DNA of 64,000 bases, counting the filler, from Sphacelaria rigidula (taxonomy: Eukaryota), in the NCBI GenBank assembly GCA_964200075.2. It is 6 parts of 6 records of this genome, joined end to end, with 100 filler letters (N's around TTAATTAATTAA, not from the genome) between each part and the next. Parts side by side here need not be neighbours in the genome. Positions count along the whole stretch, not along the records: positions 42,747 to 53,332 come from CAXNAA020006239.1; positions 53,433 to 64,000 come from CAXNAA020006261.1; 4 more parts are not named here. One strand, written 5' to 3'. Positions within the stretch are counted from its first letter, which is position 1. Each line of letters starts with the position of its first letter. The notes under the pieces were generated by a model that was given only the letters and a program-made list of their open reading frames with translations, was not told the origin of the DNA and made no database searches. The translations under genes and the position numbers were made by a program. Positions 46,701 to 59,400 of the stretch are shown in pieces.

Positions 46701-47776
46701 ATGAAACTGTCGGTCCTCCTCATGACCCTATGGTTACATACGCGGATTTTAGCAACATAAAGCCACTGTTCCGTGCAGACGCCAGACACGTTATTCCTAC
46801 CAGCCTCATTGGTCGATGTGGAGGCCCAATCCCGAAGGAGTTAACGCTCAGACCGCGAGGGTAGTCCATCTGAACCATGCTTAATTTTTTCAAGTGAAAT
46901 TGATGCCGAATCAACAAATGACGTACTCTATCTGAAATCTATTTTTTTAGAAAAAAAAATACTACCTATAACCAAGATTTTTTCAACACTATAAATATGT
47001 TCAAAATATTCATACTCGCATTCATAAAATAAAATGTTTTGAAGCCCCTTTGACAGTAGGCATAATGAAACACGATGCCTCATCGATTTCGGCTTGTGTA
47101 GCTGTGCGAATGTCAATCTACGTATTACGAGGAGATGCATATATACTACATGTAATATGTACCCCTCGACTTTATTCGCGGCCGCCGCCGCTCTTCTTCA
47201 TCCCGATCTACCTCCAGGGGCTTTGACCCCGCTGGCCACCAGCGCATGGAGCTTATCGACGCCGTGATGCAATTACTGGAGTACGAGTACGCTACGGGGG
47301 AAAACTTGCGGGAAATGGATTTCAACCCGTACACAGAGACGCAGGAGGAAGAGGAAATGTCTGCGGAGGCATCATCGCAGGCTGAGGCCACCGCCGAATA
47401 TGTAGCTCATGAGCAAGGGGCGGCGGAGGCTGCTACATCAGATTTTAATTCCGGGGAGAGTGGTTTGTCGGCGGCAGCATCCCCGGACCGGACCGTGGAT
47501 AATCACGGAGGGGAGACCGGCGCAACAGAGGTTGAGGACCTCACGGGTTTTGGTGGGGTCGAGGCTGAGTCTGTGGAAGAGGCGGTAATGGGTGATGCGA
47601 TGGTGGAAGCAGGGGGACAAGATGCCGGGGAGGGCGCCTTGGAGAGGATACAGTCGGCCGATACCGTGCTAGGCTACGCGCAGGAGTTGGGCATGGAAGT
47701 TTTGAAGACAATGAAGAGGGACCTGAACGCTGTTGTCGGGCTCTTGCCGGAGCCGGTTGCAAAGCCCATAAGAGAG
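43768..47776 (+). CDS. Uncharacterised protein with an N-terminal signal peptide and an acidic region. Exons 43768-43955 and 47218-47776; downstream exons not found
   Basis: MSLSSVLWALTRLILALILSRCSVISAG hydrophobic leader; phase-2 GT/AG junction joins LAEMIWE-R-GFDPAGHQRMELIDAVMQLLEYE in frame; E-rich region; GTGAG donor after 47776. Confidence 0.7.
45546..45642 (+). mobile_element. piggyBac-like MITE family B
   Basis: TTAA-cccttagac...gtctaaggg-TTGA; homologs at 4931-5032 and 46845-46930. Confidence 0.85.
45647..46686 (+). mobile_element. Inner copy of piggyBac-like family A element
   Basis: Termini gccttttgggacc / ggtcccaaaggg; flanked by TTGA on both sides. Confidence 0.8.
46845..46930 (+). 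mobile_element. piggyBac-like MITE family B, degenerate copy
   Basis: TTAA then cgctcagaccgcgagggtagtccatctgaacc..ttttttcaagtgaaattgatgccgaatcaac, matching 45546-45642. Confidence 0.75.
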
Positions 47777-48114
47777 GTGAGAGCGATCTGTTTTCTGGCG
47801 TGTGCGTAGGTGGTTGTTTCTGTGTGGTCCCTTTGTGTCGATTTTTTGTGGATCATGACAATTTTTCTCGTAACTAATGTCCTTTCTCACGCTAATACCT
47901 GCGGAGCTCTTACTCTTTACGTTTCGCAAAAAAAAAAAAAGGAGGACACAAGGATGAGGGCTCGTTAATCTCCCGGCCCACGGGCAGTCACTCGCCCGTT
48001 CTGTAGTTGTAAAAAGTGGTGCGTCGACAGGTAACTGGAGTGCGTTATGAGTGACGTATATATGGATGTATTTCAATTTCTTAGGTCCGCCTTCTTGGTC
48101 ACGGTGAAAAATAC

Positions 48115-50997
48115 CAAGAGTATGTCGAGTAGAGTATGTACTTTTTGAGTACTCGAGTAAAATACTCAAGTATTTACTCTACTCTAATCTTGAATAGGTC
48201 GAGTACGGCCTCAAATACTACACTCAAATTTTGAGTAGATCGAGTACGACCTCAAATACTACACTCAAATACTGAGTCAGTACTCTCAGTAATAATTGAG
48301 TATAAGATATCACTTGAGTATGACCTTAATACTCTACTCAAATTTCAAGTAGGTCGAGTGCAGCCTCAAATACTCTACTCGAATTCTGAGTAGGTTGAGT
48401 ATGGCCTCAAATACTCCACTCAAAATTGGAGTAGATCGAGTACGACCTCAAATGCTCTACTCAAATATTGAGCAAGCACTTCCAGTAGTAGTTGAGTACA
48501 GATTATCACTCGAGTATGACCTAAATACTCTACAGGCTGGTTCAGGTACATCACCCCAAAAAAACTCATCGGCAAAACCTCACGCCGCCTTGAGGAGTTA
48601 GACCCTGAAATTTTGCTCAGATGCTCTATAGGGCATTACGCAACTTTCGTAAATGGTAAAAAAAAGTAACAGTTGGTCATTTTTCGCTCAAGTTCGGAGA
48701 TATTGTTGAATCTTGCCCTACTTTTACACCTTTTGTGCGTTCTCAAATTTTAGTTAAAAGCAAAACGAGAGTTTTCAAAGATCGTTTAAGATTATAATTA
48801 TCTTCTCGCTTGATTCTTTGTGATTACTTCAATTTATCATTTATTATTAATGGTCCAAGATAACCGTTTTTCGGGGATCCCAGCTTTTTCGGGGAAACGT
48901 CGATCCAATCAGATCCCCGTAGAACGGTAAAGAAGAGAACTGGGAAAACCTCGGTCATCCGAAGTTGCGTGATGACCCGTAGCACAGTTGTGCGAAATTT
49001 CAGGGTCTAACCCCTTGGAATGGTGTGAGGTTTTTCGCTTTTGTGCGATGAACTTTGACGTCCCGCGGTGAAACCGCAAACTAAATGATTGTAGCACGAA
49101 AACGGCATTTTTTGGCCTTGTTTGACGTGAACATGAAAAATCAAGCATCAGTCGATCGAGTTTTGCGACGAAATTCCGTGGGGCCCTTCCTTGGGTTATG
49201 CGGCGACAGCTCGTCTACCAAAAAAATGAAGAAAAAACTCGCAGTGCCGGTTTTCCGGGGTCCCAGAATGTAGACTACTTGGAAAAACGGTGGAAAACTC
49301 AGGAAGTAAAAAAACATCGTCCATAGAAAGTTGCTTCATGATACATAGCTTATTTTTGCAAAGTTTCAGGATCTAACTCCTGATGACAGCGTGAAGGTTT
49401 GCGCGTTTGTGGAGGACTTGAAACTTGCAACTCCTAACTACTTGGTTTTAGTGTGGAAACGTCTTTTGGGGTGAATTTTGCGTCAAGGCAAGAGAAAATG
49501 TATGAGCTTTTCGACTCTCTCCACTAAACTGTGTACGTGCGTTCCTTGGACTACCCCGGGACGCATCATTTTATTTTGTTTTTTTCAGGGTATTCTACAC
49601 CGCATTCCGGGGGTCTTCATACAGGGACCCCCGGAAGCCGGTAGGGAACGGAGAAACTATGAAACATCGTCAGGAATACAATTTTTCCATTCGGAGTACC
49701 AGTACCTACGGAACTGCGAAGTTTGAGGGCGATATAGGGGGACACCGTCACGAGGCCTTCCGGGTCTTTCGTGCCCACCATTAGTGGAAATTAGACGACG
49801 CCAACGCCCGACACCACCCGAACATCACGGTTTCGGGTATGATTCGACCCCCGTAATAACCGTTTTCAAATATGTGTTTCTCCGTTGGACTCTGGAGCCG
49901 ATGACGGTTACTACGATTTGAAGCATGTGGAGATCGGGTGAAAATTGGGCGTGGAATTCGTAATTTCGATCTCGGAACAATTTGACGGGCGCTGATTGGT
50001 CGATATGCATTTCGCCCTTAGCGCTACCACTATGGCCTTGCACACAAATCCGGCTATATCACGCTCTCCAGCTGTCCATGGCGGTCAGTTTGATATAATG
50101 TATGCGACTATTCGGTAGGTATTGCGAAGGGCATTTGCTGATGACACGATTTTGGGTGATACGCGTGAACCAGCCTGTACTCAAATTTTGAGAAAGTCGA
50201 GTACGGCCTCACATACTCTGCTCAAATTCTGCCTTCGATGGCACTTTCAGTACAGAGCGCTTCTCATCACCATTGAGTAATCGAGTAGTCGAGTAGTAAG
50301 TGTTATCAAAATGAGCGACTCTACTGGCCACACATGTGACTCCTCCATGGGAGAGTCAGCGGTGTAAACAGTGCAAGACGCGGAAACATCTGAACAGTCG
50401 TCAGGGGAAGCAACAGGAGAAGGGGCGATGGGGTCAGTGATAGATCTGGCCCCAAAAGAGGCTCCGGCGGTCCGCGTTGTAGGGGCGGCCCCCGTGTACA
50501 GAACCAACGGAAATGTGTGCGCGGTGCCCCAGGAAACGATTGCGGCGATCGAGAGCTTCCGGGTCCCCCAAGAATATCAACAAATGGATAGCCTGGCTAG
50601 CCTGGAAGACACTTATACGTACTCTGTTGGTAATCTCATGGAGCCCGTGGACCCGAAGAACAAGAGCGAGAAGTTCCATTGTCGAGCAAGTAAAACCTGC
50701 CGTATTAATCGGAAAAAAATACGTATGACCTCAAATACTCTACTCAAAGCTTTGAGTAGGTCGAGTACGGCCTCAAATACTCTACTCCAAAATTGAGTAG
50801 ATCGATTACGACCTCAAATACTCTACTCGAATATTGAGTAAGCACTCTCAGTTATAGTTGAGTATAGAGTACTCAAGACTCTGCTCAAATTTTGAGTAGA
50901 TTGAGTATGATGTCAAATACTCTACTCAAAATCTTGAGTAGATCGAGTACGACCTCAAATACTCCACTCAAAAAATACTCTACTCGACCTGCCCTTG
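48115..50997 (+). mobile_element. Non-autonomous hAT-type DNA transposon with subterminal ~40-bp tandem repeats and a possible transposase N-terminal remnant
   Basis: TIR caagagtatgtcgagtagagtat / atactctactcgacctgcccttg; exact 8-bp TSD AAAAATAC (48107-48114, 50998-51005); repeated gagtacgacctcaaatactctactcaaa; ORF remnant ending KFHCRASKTC (BED-like, inferred). Confidence 0.85.
48533..50177. mobile_element. Non-autonomous TA-target (Tc1/mariner-like) element nested in the hAT
   Basis: TIR caggctggttca..atcaccc / gggtgat..tgaaccagcctg; TA TSD; removing it restores the hAT repeat aaatactcTActcaaa. Confidence 0.85.
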
Positions 50998-52099
50998 AAA
51001 AATACCTGCAGACGAAGACAAGTGCCGTAAATGGCTTTAGAGTAATCATTTTTTTCATCCTACAGCTTCGTTTTACAGAACCATCCACCACGGGATATGA
51101 GGTCGTGGTTGGAATCCGGCCTTATCGCGGGGAAAAAAGCACCCTCGATAGTAATGACTCTTTTTCCGCGAAGCAGTCCATTTGAATTTAGGTGTGCCAA
51201 CGCACAAATTCGTGTATTGATTTTTGTATGCGGTTTCTCATGCATGAAATGTCCAACATCTTCAAACCGCAAAGTCTTAGTATCTTCCTGCCGAAGCAAC
51301 CGCATCCAAAAGTCAATACGCAGGCTGTATAAAGGCTGGTGGGCGCTTTCGATCAAAACTTCCGTCATCCGCAAATGTCCACGCCGATTCTTGGAGTTGA
51401 AACTTTCACGGCTAGGACAAATCACGATTTATACGAGTTGACTCCTCACGACGTGACAGGAGTCAACCTGTATTCAACGGTGGGTCCCGCATGCACCGGA
51501 CGGTGAAGAACATATGCAGTACAGCCATCTCAACCGCATACAGATTGGGAGAAAAGGACGACTGATAAATCGGCCATGTCATGAGAGGATTCAACGATGT
51601 GCCGACTCTTGGTCCCGCAAGGAGCCATACGCATGGCATAGATGTAGATGCCATCTACGCCTCATGGTGAGTGTGGGTGGCATGTACAATCTATTCATTC
51701 CGCATTTTTCTACAGGGGATTAGTATGCGTCCATGATCTACCCCGTATGACCTGACGGTAGGAAACAAGTACCGTTGACGGTGTACTGCACGGCACAAGA
51801 GCTCAAAACCTTTCCAAATTACAAATGATGTACGAATCGTATGATTTATTCGTTGGGATGATGAAAATGATTTGAATCACGATTTTATTTGTCCTAGCCG
51901 TGGAAACTTCGAAGACTTGCACACATATGTTGTGAGGTATTTCGAAACTTGAGGAGTGGAGCTCTTCGCTTTTACATTTTTTGCTGGTTGGTGGGGGTCC
52001 CAGGGTCATGCAGAGTAACATGCCATTCTTGGACCCCCTATTCCGGCGAAGAAGCAAAAACCTAACCCATTCGTGAGAAGTTTCGAAATGCTCCATTGT

Positions 52100-52905
52100 T
52101 TCTGTGTGCAATTGTTTTAGAATCTAACTCCACCAGTCGGCGTGGACATTTGAGCTTTTGTGCGTCAAAGTGAGTTCAAAAGGTACAAATGCCTAACTTC
52201 TTCGCTTGAGTATCGAAATGACTTTTTTCGGGTACGTTTGATGCCAAAAGGACCCCCTCGCATCAGGTTTTTTAGCTACGCTACATTTCGTACAATTTTC
52301 CTTGGACTACCTTTGGACAAGTACATGTTTTCTTCTATTTTGAGGCATTCCGTACCGTCTTCCGTGGATTCTCACGCGGGGAACCCCGGAAGCCCGTAAA
52401 CGGCGGAGAACCTTCAAAATATTTTCGACATTTCGTTATTTCCCTTCAGAGTATCAATACCTACCGAACTGCCCAAGTTTGAGGGCAATCTTAGTTTTTC
52501 TACGGCAGATTTAGGGGAAACCATCGGGTGCTATTTTGGGTCTTCAGTGCGCATCATCAGTGGAAATCTGACGACGCTAAGACCCCACATCATCGGAATA
52601 CCACGATTTTAGTTGTCATTTGATCCCGAGGGTTCCCGAGTTGATGGTAGCTACTCCAATGTGGACATGTGGAATTCGTGTTCCAATCTCACAACACCTT
52701 CAAGAGCGCTCATTGGTCGAGATACCTCTTCGCACTTTTTTTCGCCCTTAGCGCCACCACTAAGGTCTTGAACAAAAATCTGACTGCCACTGGCTTCAGA
52801 TGTCTGTGGCGGTCGGTACGGTACCATGCGTGCGACAATTAGGCAGGTATCGCGGGAGGCATTTTTTTGTTTGGTGGTTTGAGGTTGAAAGCGTGACCTA
52901 GCCCG
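52100..52905. mobile_element. Diverged relative of the 3' part of the 48533-50177 element
   Basis: Shared blocks (cgcccttagcgc..accacta..gtcttg; agtggaaat..gacgacgc; tacctac.gaactgc..aagtttgagggc); ends ctagcccg-TA. Confidence 0.6.
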
Positions 52906-53432
52906 TATAACGTGGTGCAGTGGCGCTCACATGGGCTCAAATGGGCTGCTTCGTTGTCACAGTGTCAAGCAAGGCGGGGAAGGGGTGGGGTGCAAAACAC
53001 AAAATTACGATGTAACAGTTGATTGATCGTCGAACATTGTCTGTATCCCCTAGGAACCCAGCCGTGGGTAAGAGGGACATACCCGAGGTATATGAAATCC
53101 AGAAACCCTGGCTCAAGGAAGTGCAAGAGTGCAAATTTAGAGGAAGCAAATAGCGTGAACTGGAAATGAGAAAACAAAGTACAGTAGTGGCGAGAAAATC
53201 TCGTCATACGGTACCACCTGGAGGTAGTAATCGACACCCACGGGAGACTGAAGGTTGCACGGTCAGGACAAATCATCATGACTCAAAATCACCAAATTCA
53301 TGATTTCTTCGGCCTGATTGCCCAAAAGGGAGNNNNNNNNNNNNNNNNNNNNNNNNNNNNNNNNNNNNNNNNNNNNTTAATTAATTAANNNNNNNNNNNN
53401 NNNNNNNNNNNNNNNNNNNNNNNNNNNNNNNN

Positions 53433-56400
53433 CGGCTGTAGAGATGGGCTGGGTACGAAGTTAGAGGGCAGACTCGGCCGACGTGAAGATTGAAAAACAA
53501 GTTCTTCACTCGAGATGGGCCGAGATATACCCAAGCATCGCACTGATTTTACTATTTCGAAGCACTCGTAAAAGGTTCCGGCCGTTGTCGAGCCGGAAGA
53601 GCGCCGGTTTCACCGGCGAGGTTTGTCAGTGTAGGAGGCCGTGGGGACAACACACGGTAATACGTAGAACTAGTGATGGATTCTCGATGGTGATTATCGT
53701 TCGTTGTTTGTTCAGAACGTTGATTCTTTCCGGAGTTTAGCAAGGGGGGTGTGCGGCCATTTTCGGGCTCAGTTATTTGTTTTCATTCGTACAAACCGAG
53801 CACCGGATGAAGACGACATTTGCTTTCAACCGAAAATTGAAGAGGAATGAAAGACAAAGATAGCACCAAAATCCGGGCGACGTGATGGGCCCGTGCAGTT
53901 GAAGGTATCCTCTCGTATGACGACTCCCGAATGATGGCCTTTTCACACGCCCGTCCCATAATTGAGGGCACGGAAGGGCGATAGTACGTTGTCTGGGTAT
54001 AGTGGTCGTTGTGACGGCTGTAGAGATGGGCTGGGTACGAAGTTAGAGGGCAGACTCGGCCGACGTGAAGATTGAAAAACAAGTTCTTCACTCGAGATGG
54101 GCCGAGATATACCCAAGCATCGCACTGATTTTACTATTTCGGAGCTCTCGTGAAAGGTTTCGGCCGTTGTCGAGCCGAAAGAGCGCTGGTTTCACCAGCG
54201 AGGTTTGTCAGTGTAGGAGGCCGTGGGGACAACACAGGGTAATACGTAGAACTAGCAATGAGTCCTCGATTGTGATTATCGTTCGTTGTTTGTTTGGAAC
54301 GTTGATTCTCTCCGTAGTTTAGCAAGGGGGGTGTGCGGCCATTTCCGGGCTCAGTTATTTGTTTTCATTCGTACGAATCAAGCACTGAATGAAGACAAAA
54401 TATGCTTTCAACCGAAAATTGACAAAAAAATGAAGATTCCGTCCCCTGATTCAGGGCACTGAAGGGCGATCATACGTTGTCTGGGTATAATGGTCGTTGT
54501 GACGGCTGTACAGATGGGTTTGTTTCGAAGTTAGACGGCGGACTCGGCCGACGTGAAGATTGAACAACAAGTTCTTTACTTGAGATGGGCCGGAATAAAC
54601 CCAAACACCGCACTCGTTCTACTATTTCGAAGCAGTCCCAAAAGGTTTCGGCCGTTGTCGAGCCGAGACAGCGCTGGTTCCACGACTAAGGTTTGTCAGT
54701 GAGGAAGGCAGTGGGGACACAACACTGTGATACGTAGAAGTAGTGATGGATTCTCGATTGCGATTATCGTTCGTTGTTTGTTCAGAACGTTGATTCTCTC
54801 CGGAGTTTAGAAAGGGAGATGTGCGGCCATTTTCGGGCTCGGTTATTCGTTTTCATTCGTACGAACCGAGCAACGAATGGAGACAACATGTGCTTTCAAC
54901 CGAAAATTGACCGAAATGTAAGACCACGTCCCATGATTCAGGGCACTGAAGGGCGATAATACGTTGTCTGGGTATAGTGGTCGTTGTGACGGCTGTACAG
55001 ATGTGTTGGTTACGAAGTTAGAGGGCAGACTCATCCGACGTGAAGATTGAATAACAAGTTCTTTACTTGAGATGAGCCGAGATATACCCAAGCATCGCAC
55101 TCGTTCTACTATTTCGAAGCACTCGCAAAAGGTTTCGGCCGTTGTAGAGCCGAAACAGCGCTGTTTTTACCAGCGAGGTTTATCAGTGTAAAAGGTAGTG
55201 GGGACAGCACACGGTGATACGCAAAAGTAGTGATTGACTCTCGATGGTGATTATCGTTCATTGTTTGTTTGGAACGTTGATTCTCTCCGGAGTTTAGCAA
55301 GGGGGGTGTGCGGCCATTTTCGGGCTCGGTTATTTGTTTTCATTCGTACGAACAGAGCACCGAATAGAGACAAAATGTGCTTTCAACCGAAAACTGACCA
55401 AAAATGGAAGACAAAGATCGGACCAAAATCCGGGCGACGTGATGGGCCCGTGCAGTTTAAGGTATCCTCTTGTATGACGACCCCGGACTGATGACCTTCT
55501 CACACGCCCGTCCGATAATTTAGGGCGCTGAAGGGCGATAATACGTTGTCTGGGTATAGTGGTCGTTGTGACGGCTGTACAGATGGGTTCTGTACGAAGT
55601 TCAAGAGCAGACTCGGCCGACGTGAAGATTGAATAACAAGTTCTTGACTTGAGATGGGCAGAGATATGCCCAAGCATCGCACTCATTCTACAATTTCGGA
55701 GCACTCGTGAAAGGTTCCGGCCGTTGTCGAGCCGAAACAGCGCTGGTTTCACCAGCGAAGTTTGACACCGAAGAAGGCAGTGGGGTCCAACACATGGTGA
55801 TGCGTAAAACTTGTGATTGATTCTCGATTGTGATTATCGTTCGTTGTTTGTTCAGAGCGTTGATTCTCTCCGGAGTTTAGCAAGGGGGGTGTGCGGCCAT
55901 TTTCGGGCTCGGTTATCGTTTTCATTCGTACGAACCGAGCACCGAATGGAGACAAAATGTGCTTTTCACCGAAAATTGACCAGAAATGGAAGACAAAGAT
56001 CGCACCCACATCCGGGCAACGTGATGGGCTCGTGCAGTTTTGGGTATCCTCTTGTATGACGACTACGGACTGATGGCCTTCTCACACGCCCGTCCCATAA
56101 TTTAGGGCACGGAAGAGCGATAATACGTTGTCTGGGTATAGTGGTCGTTGTGACGGCTGTACAGATGGGTTCTTCACGAAGTTGAAGAGCACACTCGGCC
56201 GACGTGAAGATTGAAGAACAAGTTCTTTACTTGAGATGGGCCGAAATACTCCCAAGCATCGCACTCGTTTTACTATTTCGAAGCACTCGTCGAAGGTTTC
56301 GGCCGTTGTCGAGCCGAAAGAGCGCTGTTTTGACCAGCGAGGTTTGACAGCGAAAGAGGCAGTGGGGTCAAACACATGATGATGCATGAAACTGGTGATG

Positions 56401-59400
56401 GATTCTCGATCGTGATTATCGTTCGTTGATTGCTTAGAACGTTGATTCTCTCCGGAGGTTAGCAAGGGGGGTGTGCGGCCATTTTCGGGCTCGGTTATCG
56501 TCTTCATTCGTACGAACAGAGCACCGAAGGAAGACAAAATGTGCTTTCAACCGAAAACTGATCAAAAATGGAAGACAAACATCGAACCAAAATCCGGGCG
56601 ACGTGATGGGCCCGTACAGTTTAGGGCATCTTCATGTATGATGACTCCCGACTGATGGCATTCTCACACGCCCGTCCCATAATTTAGGGCGCTGAAGGGC
56701 GATAATACGTTGTCTGGGTATAGTGGTCGTTGTGACGGCTGTACAGATGGGTTTGTTACGAAGTGAGAGGGCGGACTCGGCCTACGTGAAGATTGGATTA
56801 CAAGTTCTTTACTCGAGCTGGGCAGAAATATGCCCAAGTGTCGCACTGGTTCTACTATTTCGAAGCACTCGCAAAAGGTTTCGGCCGTTGTCGAGCCGAA
56901 AAAGCGCTGTTTTTACCAGCGAGGTTTGTCAGTGTAATAGACATGAGGGAACGCACACGGTGATACGCAAAACTAGTGATTGATTCTCGATTGTGATTAT
57001 CGTTCGTTGTTTCTGTAGAACGTTGATTCTCTCCGGAGTTTAGCAAGGGGAGATGTGCGGCCATTTTCGGGCTCGGTTATTTGTTTTCATTCGTACGAAC
57101 GGAGCACCAAATAAAGACAAAATGTGCTTTCAACCGAAAATTGGAGAAAAAAAAACGATCCCGTCCCATGATTCAGGGCACTGAAGGGCGATAATACGTT
57201 GTCTGGGTATAGTGGTCGTTGTGACGGCTGTACAGATGGGTTGGCTACGAAGTGAGAGGGCGGACTCGGCCGACGTGAAGATTGAATAACAAGTTCTTTA
57301 CTTGAGATGGGCAGAAATATACCCAAGCATCGCACTCGTTCTACTATTTCGAAGCACTCGCAAAAACGTTTCGGCCGTTGTCGAGCCGAAACAGCGCTCT
57401 TTTTACCAGCGAGGTTTGTCAGTGTAAAAGGTAGTGGGGACAGCACACGGTGATACGCAAGACAAGTGATTGATTCTCGATTGTGATTATCGTTCGTTGT
57501 TTGTTCAGAACGTTGATTCTCTCCGGAGTTTAGCAAAGGGAGATGTGCGGCCATTTTCGGGCTCGGTTATTTGTTTTCATTCGTACGAACCGAGCAACGA
57601 ATGAAGACAACACGGCTTTCAACCGGAAATTGACCAAAAATGTAAGGCCACGTTCCATGATTCAGGGCACTGAAGGGCGATAATACGTTGTCTGGGTATA
57701 GTGGTCGTTGTGACGGCTGTACAGATGGGTTGGCTACGAAGTGAGAGGGCGGACTCGGCCGACGTGAGGATTGAATAACAAGTTCTTTACTTGAGATGGG
57801 CAGAAATATACCCAAGCATCGCACTCGTTCTACTATTTCGAAGCACTCGCAAAAACGTTTCGGCCGTTGTCGAGCCGAAACAGCGCTCTTTTAACCAGCG
57901 AGGTTTGTCAATGTAAAAGGTAGTGGGGACAGCACACGGTGATACGCAAAACAAGTGATTGATTCTTGATTGTGATTATCGTTCGTTGTTTGTTCAGAAC
58001 GTTGATCCTCTCCGGAGTTCAGCAAAGGGAGATGTGCGGCCATTTTCGGGCTCGGTTATTTGTTTTCATTCGTACGAACCGAGCAACGAATGAAGACAAC
58101 ACGGCTTTCAACCGGAAATTGACCAAAAATGTAACACCACGTTCCATGATTCAGGGCACTGAAGGGCGATAATACGTTGTCTGGGTATAGTGGTCGTTGT
58201 GACGGCTGTACAGATGGCTTGGCTACGAAGTGAGAGGGCGGACTCGGCCGACGTGAGGATTGAATAACAAGTTCTTTACTTGAGATGGGCAGAAATATAC
58301 CCAAGCATCGCACTCGTTCTACTATTTCGAAGCACTCGCAAAAACGTTTCGGCCGTTGTCGAGCCGGGACAACGCTGTTTCAACCAGCGAGGTTTGTCAG
58401 TGTAAAAGGTAGTGGGGACAGCACACGGTGATACGCAAAACAAGTGATGGACTTTCGATTGTGATTATCGTTCGTTGTTTGTTCAGAACGTTGATCCTCT
58501 CCGGAGTTCAGCAAAGGGAGATGTGCGGCCATTTTCGGGCTCGGTTATTTGTTTTCATTCGTACGAACCGAGCAACGAATGAAGACAACACGGCTTTCAA
58601 CCGGAAATTGACCAAAAGTGTAACACCACGTTCCATGATTCAGGGCACTGAAGGGCGATAATACGTTGTCTGGGTATAGTGGTCGTTGTGACGGCTGTAC
58701 AGATGGGTTGGCTACGAAGTGAGAGGGCGGACTCGGCCGACGTGAGGATTGAATAACAAGTTCTTTACTTGAGATGGGCCGAAATACACCCAAGCATCGC
58801 ACTCGTTCTACTATTTCGAAGCACTCGCAAAAACGTTTCGGCCGTTGTCGAGCCGAAACAGCGCTGTTTTTGCCAGCGAGGTTTGTCAGTGTAAAAGGCA
58901 TGGGGGAACGCACTCGGTGATACGCGAAACTAGTAATTGATTCTCGATTGTGATTATCGTTCGTTGTTTCCGTAGAACGTTGATTCTCTCCTGAGTTTAG
59001 CGAAGGGGGGTGCGGCCATTTTCGGGCTCGGTTATTTGTTTTCATTCGTACGAACCGAGCACCGAATGAAGACAACACGGCTTTCAACCGAAAACTGACC
59101 AAAAATGGAAGACAAACATTGGACCAAAATCCGGGCAACGTGATGGGCCCGTGCAGTTGAGGGTATCCTCTTGTATGACGAGTCCCGACTGATGGCCCTT
59201 TCACACGCCCGTCGCATAATTCAGGGCACTGAAGGGCGATAATACGTTGTCTAGGTATAGTGGTCGTTGTGACGGCTGTACAGATGGGTTCGTTACGAAG
59301 TTAAGGAGCAGACTCTGCCGACGTGAAGATTGAATAACAAGTTCTTGACTTGAGATGGGCCGGAATATGCCCAAGCATCGCACTTGTTCTACAATTCCGG

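Larger units (their letters stand above)
44692..46840 (-). mobile_element. Outer copy of ~1-kb piggyBac-like non-autonomous element (family A), split into 44692-45541 and 46691-46840
   Basis: TTAA at 44688-44691 and 46841-46844; both pieces are reverse complements of contiguous parts of 45647-46686. Confidence 0.8.
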
